Below are positions 16,736-23,815 of a DNA stretch of 32,000 nucleotides, in pieces; within the stretch, counting starts at the first letter, position 1, and the number at the start of each line of letters is the position of its first letter. The position numbers and the translations under genes were made by a program. The stretch covers positions 180,001 through 212,000 of the forward strand of contig NC_010085.1 of assembly GCF_000018465.1 (NCBI RefSeq), in the 5' to 3' direction. This stretch comes from Nitrosopumilus maritimus SCM1. Lineage in GTDB: Archaea; Thermoproteota; Nitrososphaeria; Nitrososphaerales; Nitrosopumilaceae. The notes under the pieces were generated by a model. That model searched no databases, was not told the origin of the DNA, and saw nothing but the letters and a program-made list of their open reading frames with translations.

Positions 16736-16972
16736 CTAATTTTGTGCTGGTGGAGGAGAAATCATAACTACATTGTCTCCTCTAACTACAATGGAACCAA
16801 GGCCTTTTGCCTCGCCTTCAGCAGGAATTTCCTCTGAAGAATCAAGTAGCAGGTTCATGTGTTGGTCAAAACCGAGTAAATTACCTCTAATGGTTTTGTT
16901 TCCTTTGAGTTTTATCAATACAATTTGATTGATACTCTCATCCAGTACTTTTACTGCCATATCAACGGACAT
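16736..16972 (-). CDS. Sm-like (LSm/SmAP) RNA-binding protein
   Basis: The Sm1 motif is 'IKLKGNKTIRGNLLGFDQHMNLLL' and the Sm2 motif is 'VVRGDNVVMI'. The protein is 78 aa. Confidence 0.85.
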   Translation of the reverse strand: MSVDMAVKVLDESINQIVLIKLKGNKTIRGNLLGFDQHMNLLLDSSEEIPAEGEAKGLGSIVVRGDNVVMISPPPAQN

Positions 16973-17029
16973 CTATTTCACTTATTGGCTTTGATGTTGA
17001 GGGATTATATTAAAATTTCATTGGTGAAA

Positions 17030-17752
17030 CTATGAGCTATGCCCAGTGAGGCAAGTTTGACACTTTTTTCCAAGATTTCTTACGATTTCAGCTAATATTT
17101 CCTGTCCATCTTTTTTTGAAGCTTTTGTAGGATCTCCCCATACCCCATTTTTGGTAGCTTTTGGAAATGATTTGGTTGCTAATTTTACAACTTTTTTAAT
17201 TTCTTGTTTTGTCATTTTTTCAGTTATGAGGCCTTTTTTTGCTAATTTCATTTTTACATTTTTTGAAACTGCTAACATTAATGATGTCTCAACAAATCCT
17301 GCATGATCAAAATCTCTACCCATATAATGCCAATATGAAAATGGAAATACCTCGAGTCTATTTTTTGAGATTTTCTTCAATTTGACATCAATATTTTTTA
17401 TTGAATTTTGATTTCCATGATGTCCATTAATTATGAAAACTGTTTTGATCTTGTTTTCCAAAAGCGACACGCATATGTCAGTTAACACTGTCTCTAATGT
17501 GGTTTTTCTGATGCTAAGATTGAAAAATGGAGCGTGCTCAAATGATACTCCATAAGACAAAGTTGGAAGTAATAGGTATCCATTTTTTTCACAAATTTTC
17601 TCAGATACTGCTGTAACAATATCTGTATCTGTTGAAATAGGAAGATGTGGTCCATGTTGTTCTATTGAGCCTATTGGAATGACTGCAACTTGCCTTTTTC
17701 TTTTAATTGATTTTCTAAGATTGGGATCAAATTGTGCTTTAATGTCTGTCAT
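17030..17752 (-). CDS. Creatininase-family amidohydrolase, possibly an ArfB-like formamide hydrolase
   Basis: 'IPIGSIEQHGPHLP', 'NGHHGN' and 'HAG..ETS' are creatininase-fold metal-site motifs. I chose the ATG at 17752 (MTDIKAQF...). The ORF-track start at 17788 is TTG and would overlap purU by 31 nt. Confidence 0.7.
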   Translation of the reverse strand: MTDIKAQFDPNLRKSIKRKRQVAVIPIGSIEQHGPHLPISTDTDIVTAVSEKICEKNGYLLLPTLSYGVSFEHAPFFNLSIRKTTLETVLTDICVSLLENKIKTVFIINGHHGNQNSIKNIDVKLKKISKNRLEVFPFSYWHYMGRDFDHAGFVETSLMLAVSKNVKMKLAKKGLITEKMTKQEIKKVVKLATKSFPKATKNGVWGDPTKASKKDGQEILAEIVRNLGKKCQTCLTGHSS

Positions 17753-17757
17753 CTGAT

Positions 17758-18627
17758 TCACTTTGATTTGATGTGAACCTTTCTCCAACGAACATCTAGT
17801 TTGTTTTCTAAATGCATTTTCATTGCTTTGAATAATGTATCTGCCTCTAATTTTTGCCCCTTTGATTTTATTTTCTCTAAAGTATCATTTGGATCTACTT
17901 TGAAAGAATCTTGGAAAATTATTGGTCCTTGATCCAAGTTTTCAGTTACGTAATGGGATGTAACTCCTACAATCTTTGTACCTCTTTCATAAGCTTGTGC
18001 ATATGCTAGTGCACCAGGAAATGCTGGCAATAATGATGGATGTATGTTGATAATTCTATTTGGATATCTCCAAACAAAGTTAGGACTAAGAATTCTCATG
18101 TATCTTGCAAGTGAGATCAAATCAATATTGTATTTTTTACAAATCTGAATAATTTTTTCTTCTGCCTTTTGTTGATTCTTCTCTTCAACTGCAACAAATG
18201 GAATCTTTGCTTTCTTTGCTAATGATTCAAGTGTCTTTTCAGTACCTATAATTACTGAGATTTTTCCTTTTAGTGATTTTGATTTTGCAAGAATTGTTTG
18301 TAGACATAATGGTTCTTTTGTCACAAAAACTGCAATATTTTTTTGCGAATTTGTTTCATGATGAGTACTTACATCCATCTTTTCTTTTTTAGCCAAAGTT
18401 TGAATTTCTGCATCAAATTTTTTTACATTAACTGCTTTTGCAAAAGAAACTTCTAGATACATTCCAAAAAGGCCCTTGATTACATTCTGATTTACTTTCT
18501 CAATGTTTCCTCCTTTTGAGAATGCAAAATTTGTAAATGAAGCTACAATACCTTCTCTATCTTTACCAACAACTGTTATTCCAACTACTGTCTTTTTCAT
18601 GACTTTGTTTTTTGAAGATTTTCTCAT
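17758..18627 (-). CDS. purU: Formyltetrahydrofolate deformylase
   Basis: An N-terminal ACT-like domain ('ITVVGKDREGIVASFTNF') is joined to a formyltransferase domain ('INIHPSLLPAFPG', 'GVTSHYV'). An alternative ATG at 18600 (MKKTVVG) would leave room for a promoter after the upstream tRNA. Confidence 0.8.
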   Translation of the reverse strand: MRKSSKNKVMKKTVVGITVVGKDREGIVASFTNFAFSKGGNIEKVNQNVIKGLFGMYLEVSFAKAVNVKKFDAEIQTLAKKEKMDVSTHHETNSQKNIAVFVTKEPLCLQTILAKSKSLKGKISVIIGTEKTLESLAKKAKIPFVAVEEKNQQKAEEKIIQICKKYNIDLISLARYMRILSPNFVWRYPNRIINIHPSLLPAFPGALAYAQAYERGTKIVGVTSHYVTENLDQGPIIFQDSFKVDPNDTLEKIKSKGQKLEADTLFKAMKMHLENKLDVRWRKVHIKSK

Positions 18628-18652
18628 TATTAATCATTCACAGAAATTATTG

Positions 18653-18740
18653 TGGTGCGGGAGGTGGGATTTGAACCCACGAACTCCTAAGAGATAGGGT
18701 CCTAAGCCCTACGCCTTTGACCAGGCTGGGCGACTCCCGC
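18653..18740 (-). tRNA. tRNA-Leu (anticodon UAG), class II, with genomically encoded 3' CCA
   Basis: It was folded by hand from the reverse complement. The acceptor is GCGGGAG/CTCCCGC. The anticodon stem is TAGGG/CCCTA with loop CTTAGGA. It has a 14-nt variable arm with a CTC/GAG stem and a T arm GTGGG-TTCAAAT-CCCAC. Discriminator A is followed by CCA. Confidence 0.85.
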
Positions 18741-18787
18741 AACGGACTTGCCATTAAACACAAATTTATCTATTATTGAATTACATC

Positions 18788-20137
18788 ATGGCAAAATTTT
18801 TTGGCACCAATGGAATTCGTGGTGTCTTTGGTGAAGATTTTACACTGGAATTTATCCATGATATGACTTTGGCAATTGGAACTTATTTCAAAAAAGGACC
18901 AATATTGATAGGATATGATGGTAGAGATTCTAGTCCTACAATCTGTAAAGTTGTAACTTCTGCTCTAAACTCTATAGGCATTGATTGTAATGTTGCAGGA
19001 ATTGTTCCAACACCTTGTCTTGAATTTGCAGTAAAGAAATTAGGATACTCTGGAGGCATCATGATTACTGCATCTCACAACCCCCCACAATACAATGGAA
19101 TCAAACCTGCTGCAAATGATGGAGTGGAAATCTCTCGTGAAGATGAAATAGTTATTGAGGATATTTACCTTCAAAAAAATTGGATCAAAAGTGCTACAAA
19201 TTGGGGAATTACTAAAACAGAAGAACGTGCAATTGATGTTTATCTAAATGGAATTGCATCGCAAGTTAATTCTAAACTCATAGAATCAAAACATTTCAAG
19301 GTTGTTTTAGATCTTGGAAATGGTGCTCAGGCAGTTACAGCACCTAATTTTTGTAAACTTGTCAATTGTGAAACTTTTCTTGTAAATGAAAATATTGATG
19401 GCGCATTTCCAGGACGTGGTTCAGAACCCACACCTCAAAATCTTTCAGAATTATCAAAAACTGTTATTCAAAACAATGCTGATTTAGGAATAGCATTTGA
19501 CGGTGACGGCGATCGAAGTATTTTCTGTGACAACAAAGGAAATATTTTGACTGGTGATAAATCTGCACTCTTGTTAACAAAACATATCTTAACAAATAAT
19601 CCAAATTCCTTAGTTGTTACTTGTTTGAATTCTGGTTCTAATATTGAAGTTTTAGCAGAAGAATTTGATTCCAAAGTAATTCGTACAAAAGTTGGAAGTG
19701 TTGAAGTTTCAAGAAAAATGGTCCCAACTGATGCTCTAATTGGTTTTGAAGAAAATGGTGGCTTTATGTTTGGAAAACATAACCAGGTAAGAGATGGCTG
19801 TATGACTTTGGCATTAATGCTTGATCTACTAACTGCATCTTCAAATTCATTATCTGATGAAATCTCCAATCTTCCACCATCTTTTACTACAAAAGACAAG
19901 GTTTCATGTTCTCCAGAAAATGTACCAAAACTAATTTCTACACTAAAAGATGAATTCCCAAATTCTGATACTACTGATGGCATCAAAATCAACATAGATC
20001 CAAGAAATTGGGTTATGATCCGACCTAGTGGAACAGAACCAATTGTTAGAGTATATGCAGAAGCTCAAAGTCAAGAAAAATTAGACGATTTAATGTCTGA
20101 ATATCTCCAAAAAGTTAAGACAATCATCTCCAGATAA
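18788..20137 (+). CDS. glmM: Phosphohexomutase, either phosphoglucosamine mutase or phosphomanno/glucomutase
   Basis: 'TASHNPPQYNGIK' is the phosphoserine loop, 'GIAFDGDGDR' the Mg loop, 'GFEENGG' the sugar loop and 'RPSGTEP' the phosphate loop. The ATG at 18788 (MAKFFGTNGIRG) is preferred over the TTG at 18776. The glmM versus pmm assignment is not resolvable by eye. Confidence 0.8.
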   Translation: MAKFFGTNGIRGVFGEDFTLEFIHDMTLAIGTYFKKGPILIGYDGRDSSPTICKVVTSALNSIGIDCNVAGIVPTPCLEFAVKKLGYSGGIMITASHNPPQYNGIKPAANDGVEISREDEIVIEDIYLQKNWIKSATNWGITKTEERAIDVYLNGIASQVNSKLIESKHFKVVLDLGNGAQAVTAPNFCKLVNCETFLVNENIDGAFPGRGSEPTPQNLSELSKTVIQNNADLGIAFDGDGDRSIFCDNKGNILTGDKSALLLTKHILTNNPNSLVVTCLNSGSNIEVLAEEFDSKVIRTKVGSVEVSRKMVPTDALIGFEENGGFMFGKHNQVRDGCMTLALMLDLLTASSNSLSDEISNLPPSFTTKDKVSCSPENVPKLISTLKDEFPNSDTTDGIKINIDPRNWVMIRPSGTEPIVRVYAEAQSQEKLDDLMSEYLQKVKTIISR

Positions 20138-20198
20138 CACTTTTAAAACCAAACCAAAGGATGTAGGGAATGGAGAATGAACCTTAGGGTGACGAAGT

Positions 20199-20585
20199 AT
20201 GGGAAAAGCATATTATGTTAAATTTGAGACGCCAGAGGACCTCGTAAATCCAATCTTGGAGGCCGTAAGAGTAGCTTCTACTAGCGGTAAAGTCAAGAAG
20301 GGAACTAACGAAGCAACCAAGGCAATCGAACGTGGTACTAGCAAATTAATTGTCATTGCTGAAGATGTAGAACCTCCTGAGGTAGTTGCACATCTTCCAA
20401 TTCTGTGTGAGGAACAAGGAGCAGCATTTGCATTTGTTCCAAGCAAACAAGAATTAGGCAAATCATTAGGTATTGACATTACTTCTGCCGCTGCAGCAAT
20501 TTTGGATGCTGGTGACGCACAACATATTGTAGACCAAGTTGTCTCATCAATTGCTAAAATTAAAGGTGGAAAGACTGATCAATGA
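20199..20585 (+). CDS. rpl7ae: Ribosomal protein L7Ae (eL8 family, K-turn binding)
   Basis: '[13 protein letters not shown]' and '[10 protein letters not shown]' are L7Ae signatures. A GGTGA Shine-Dalgarno lies 7-11 nt upstream. Confidence 0.9.
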   Translation: MGKAYYVKFETPEDLVNPILEAVRVASTSGKVKKGTNEATKAIERGTSKLIVIAEDVEPPEVVAHLPILCEEQGAAFAFVPSKQELGKSLGIDITSAAAAILDAGDAQHIVDQVVSSIAKIKGGKTDQ

Positions 20586-20794
20586 GCGCTACAACTGATG
20601 AAGTAGTTCACTCTGAAATTATTCAAATTGTTGGACGAACTGGTATTGCTGGTGAAGTAATTCAAGTTAGAGTTAAAGTTCTTACTGGAAAAGATAAAGG
20701 TAGAATTCTTACAAGAAACGTCAAAGGTTCTGTTAGATTGGGAGAAATTCTAATGCTAAGAGAAACAGAGAGAGAAGCAAAGAAGATCAAATAG
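20582..20794 (+). CDS. rps28e: Ribosomal protein S28e
   Basis: '[19 protein letters not shown]...[10 protein letters not shown]' is present. It overlaps the rpl7ae stop by 4 nt. Confidence 0.9.
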   Translation: MSATTDEVVHSEIIQIVGRTGIAGEVIQVRVKVLTGKDKGRILTRNVKGSVRLGEILMLRETEREAKKIK

Positions 20795-20803
20795 GTGAAT
20801 TGA

Positions 20804-21004
20804 ATGAGTCTTTTAGTTAAACCATGTAATTTCTGTAACAGACCAGTTGCAAAGGGTTCTGGTACGATGCTTGCAAAAAATGATGGAACTGTCTTGTGGT
20901 TTTGTTCTGCAAAATGCAAAAAGAATGCACTAGAACTAAAACGTGACCCAAGAAAATTCAAGTGGACAAAGAAATACGTCAAAGGCGGAATTAGAAAGAA
21001 GTAA
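20804..21004 (+). CDS. rpl24e: Ribosomal protein L24e
   Basis: '[34 protein letters not shown]' is the L24e zinc-ribbon signature. Confidence 0.9.
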   Translation: MSLLVKPCNFCNRPVAKGSGTMLAKNDGTVLWFCSAKCKKNALELKRDPRKFKWTKKYVKGGIRKK

Positions 21005-21006
21005 AA

Positions 21007-21408
21007 TTGACTGAAAAATCATTATTCATTGTAAAGCCAGATGCAGTAGCTAGAAATCTAGTTGGCGAAGTTATCTCTAGATTTGAAAGAAAGGGATTCA
21101 AAATTTTGAAATTAAAGATGTTTACATTTACACAAGAACAAGCAGAAAACTTCTATGGTGTTCATAAAGACAAACCATTTTTTGGTGAACTGACATCATT
21201 TATCACATCAGGACCTGTAGTTGCAGCAATTATTGAAGGCAATAATGCAATTGCAACTACTAGAATAATGATTGGAGCAACAAAATCCTTTGAAGCAGCA
21301 CCTGGTTCTATTAGAGGTGACTTTGGATTAGGATTTAGTGAAAATATTATTCACGCATCAGATTCACAAGAAAGTTTTGATCACGAATCGAGGGTAGCAT
21401 TTGAGTGA
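21007..21408 (+). CDS. ndk: Nucleoside diphosphate kinase
   Basis: 'FIVKPDAV', 'GPVVAAI', 'IRGDFG' and 'NIIHASDS' (catalytic His) are present. The start is TTG. Confidence 0.9.
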   Translation: MTEKSLFIVKPDAVARNLVGEVISRFERKGFKILKLKMFTFTQEQAENFYGVHKDKPFFGELTSFITSGPVVAAIIEGNNAIATTRIMIGATKSFEAAPGSIRGDFGLGFSENIIHASDSQESFDHESRVAFE

Positions 21409-21414
21409 TCTGAT

Positions 21415-23196
21415 TTGCAAATTCGTCAGCCCATAGTGGCAGTTCTTGGTCACGTAGACTCTGGCAAAACATCACTTTTAGATAGAATTCGTGGAACAGG
21501 TGTTCAAGGTAGAGAAGCTGGAGGAATCACACAACATATCGGTGCTAGCTTTCTACCTACTGAAACAATCAAAGAAACCTGTGGTCCTTTATACAAGAAA
21601 CTAGAACAATCAGAAAACAAAGTTCCCGGAATTTTAGTTATTGACACACCAGGACACGAAGTCTTTACAAATCTTCGTTCTCGTGGAGGTTCTGCTGCTG
21701 ATATTGCAGTTTTAGTAGTTGATGTTAATCGTGGATTTCAACCACAAACAAACGAAAGTTTGAAAATTTTACAAAGTAGAAAAGTTCCTTTTGTTGTAGC
21801 TTTGAACAAATGTGACCAAATTTCTGGATGGAGAAAATCTGAAACATCCTTTATTTCACAAGCAATCAAAGAACAAGATGCATCTATTCAAGCTGATCTT
21901 GATCAAAAAATCTATGATGTAGTTGGCACACTTTCTGTATTAGGATACCAATCTGAAGCATTTTATCGTGTAAAGGACTTTAAATCTGAAATTGCAATCG
22001 TTCCAATCTCTGCACGTTCTGGTGTTGGAATTCCAGAATTACTTAGCGTTTTAGTGGGGTTAACTCAACAATATCTCCAAAAAAGACTAAGTCAAGAAGA
22101 AAAAGATCCCCGTGGAATTGTTTTAGAAGTAAAAGATGAAGTTGGATTAGGTCAAACTGCAAATATTATACTAATTGATGGTTCAATCAAAAAAGAAGAC
22201 AGTATAGTTGTTGCAAAACGTGATGGTGTAATTGTCACAAAACCAAAAGCATTGTTGTTGCCAAAAGCTCTTGATGAAATGCGTGATCCTCGTGATAAAT
22301 TCAAACCAACCCCTCAGGTAGATGCCGCAGCCGGATTAAAGATTGCATCCCCTGAACTAGAAGGAGTTCTTCCGGGAAGTACTCTCTATGTTGCAAGAAA
22401 TGATGATGAGGTTACAAAATACACCAATCTCATAGAATCTGAGATGAAATCCATGTTTGTAGATACTGAAACTAATGGAATTATTCTAAAATGTGATACC
22501 ATTGGTTCACTTGAAGCTATTGTTGAGATGCTACGACGATCACAAGTACCAGTAGCTAAAGCCGATATTGGTCCTGTAAATAGACGTGATGTAATTGAAG
22601 CTAAAGCAATAAAAGAAAAGGACAGACATTTGGGAATTGTTTTAGCATTTAATGTCAAGGTTTTACCTGATGCAAAAGAAGAATCAGAAATTAGTCACAT
22701 CAAAATCTTTGAAGACAAAGTAATCTATAGTTTAATTGATAACTATAATGCTTGGGTTGAAGAAGATACCGCACATCAAGAGGATGCAATATTTTCTGAA
22801 TTAACACCTGTTTCCAAGTTTACTTTTCTTAAAGGAATGGTGTTTAGAAATAACAATCCTGCAGTTTTTGGAATTAGAATAGATGTTGGAACACTAAAAC
22901 ACAAAATTCCATTTATGAATTCTGATGGACGAAGAATTGGAAACATCCACCAACTTCAACATGATAAAAAAACAGTAACTTCAGCTAAAACAGGTGATGA
23001 AGTTGCATGTTCAGTTCAAGATGTAACCATTGGAAGACAAATTTTTGAAGAAGAAGTGTTTTACACATTTCCTCCATCTCATGAAGCAAAACAATTACTA
23101 AACAAATTCATGCATAAACTAAGTACTGAAGAACAAGAAGTACTAAATGAAATAGTAGAAATTCAAAGAAAGAAAGAAGCAGCTTATGCTTACTAA
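21415..23196 (+). CDS. infB: Translation initiation factor aIF5B (IF2-type GTPase)
   Basis: G1 is 'GHVDSGKTSLLD', G3 is 'DTPGHE' and G4 is 'NKCD'. The protein is 593 aa and sits in the conserved L7Ae-S28e-L24e-NDK-aIF5B archaeal cluster. Confidence 0.9.
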   Translation: MQIRQPIVAVLGHVDSGKTSLLDRIRGTGVQGREAGGITQHIGASFLPTETIKETCGPLYKKLEQSENKVPGILVIDTPGHEVFTNLRSRGGSAADIAVLVVDVNRGFQPQTNESLKILQSRKVPFVVALNKCDQISGWRKSETSFISQAIKEQDASIQADLDQKIYDVVGTLSVLGYQSEAFYRVKDFKSEIAIVPISARSGVGIPELLSVLVGLTQQYLQKRLSQEEKDPRGIVLEVKDEVGLGQTANIILIDGSIKKEDSIVVAKRDGVIVTKPKALLLPKALDEMRDPRDKFKPTPQVDAAAGLKIASPELEGVLPGSTLYVARNDDEVTKYTNLIESEMKSMFVDTETNGIILKCDTIGSLEAIVEMLRRSQVPVAKADIGPVNRRDVIEAKAIKEKDRHLGIVLAFNVKVLPDAKEESEISHIKIFEDKVIYSLIDNYNAWVEEDTAHQEDAIFSELTPVSKFTFLKGMVFRNNNPAVFGIRIDVGTLKHKIPFMNSDGRRIGNIHQLQHDKKTVTSAKTGDEVACSVQDVTIGRQIFEEEVFYTFPPSHEAKQLLNKFMHKLSTEEQEVLNEIVEIQRKKEAAYAY

Positions 23197-23198
23197 TT

Positions 23199-23612
23199 TT
23201 ATTGAGAATGTTTCTGACAAATCATATTGATTCCAGGAGCTCCTACTGCACCCATCATCTTATCTACAATTTGTCCTGATTTGAACATGATAAATGTTGG
23301 AATGGATTGTACTGCATATTTCATTGCAATATTTTGATTATTGTCAACATTAACTCTTGCAAATTTTACTTTGGGATATTTTTTTGATAGACTCTCAAAT
23401 ACTGGGTGCATCATTTTACATGGTCCACACCACTCTGCCCAAAAATCTACTAAAGTTGGATTTTCAGCCAAAATTGTCTGATCAAAATTTGAATCATTCA
23501 AATCAATAATTCCAGGCTCAACTTTAGGCTGGTTTTGCTGTTTTAACATTTCTTCTAATTTTCTTTGTTTGATTTTTTCAATTTCTGGATCTTCAGACAA
23601 TGTGTTATCCAA
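23199..23612 (-). CDS. Thioredoxin (second copy)
   Basis: 'WAEWCGPCK' and 'SIPTF' are present. The ORF-track start is TTG, and an in-frame ATG at 23549 (MLKQQ...) is an alternative. Confidence 0.85.
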   Translation of the reverse strand: MDNTLSEDPEIEKIKQRKLEEMLKQQNQPKVEPGIIDLNDSNFDQTILAENPTLVDFWAEWCGPCKMMHPVFESLSKKYPKVKFARVNVDNNQNIAMKYAVQSIPTFIMFKSGQIVDKMMGAVGAPGINMICQKHSQ

Positions 23613-23644
23613 ACCTCTTTTACTAAAAAATCTATATTGAAAGA

Positions 23645-23791
23645 TTATTCATCTGCTGATTTTACAGGAATTGCTTCATATCTTCTTGATTTGCAAATAG
23701 GACATTGATCGATATATTTTGTAAAACTAACTGAAGTGTATGCAATTCCACAATCTCCACAAATTCGAAGATTTCTACTTAACTTTCCCAT
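23645..23791 (-). CDS. Small (48 aa) zinc-ribbon protein, absent from the ORF track
   Basis: My own translation gives MGKLSRNLRICGDCGIAYTSVSFTKYIDQCPICKSRRYEAIPVKSADE*. It has CxxC-x16-CxxC and an ATG start, and ends 32 nt upstream of the thioredoxin ORF on the same strand. Confidence 0.4.
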   Translation of the reverse strand: MGKLSRNLRICGDCGIAYTSVSFTKYIDQCPICKSRRYEAIPVKSADE

Positions 23792-23815
23792 GTTGATTAT
23801 CAAAAAGTATTATGA

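Noticed and set aside
17753-17788. An apparent 31-nt overlap between purU and the creatininase-family gene
   Set aside because: The overlap depends on a TTG start chosen by the ORF finder. An in-frame ATG at 17752 gives a normal N-terminus and a 5-nt gap, so the overlap is probably an artefact.
18503-18697. The 64-aa + strand ORF
   Set aside because: It is antisense to the purU 5' end and runs into the tRNA-Leu gene. The GC-rich tRNA sequence creates the open frame.
20179-20192. Possible K-turn or K-loop autoregulatory element in the L7Ae 5' leader: tGA-ACC-TTAG-GGT-GAc, with tandem G.A/A.G pairs flanking a 3-bp hairpin
   Set aside because: I could not build a convincing canonical stem on the other side of a 3-nt bulge; only one G-C pair forms. 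The GGTGA at 20188-20192 is explained more simply as a Shine-Dalgarno sequence 7 nt upstream of the ATG. It would need covariation or binding data to revive.
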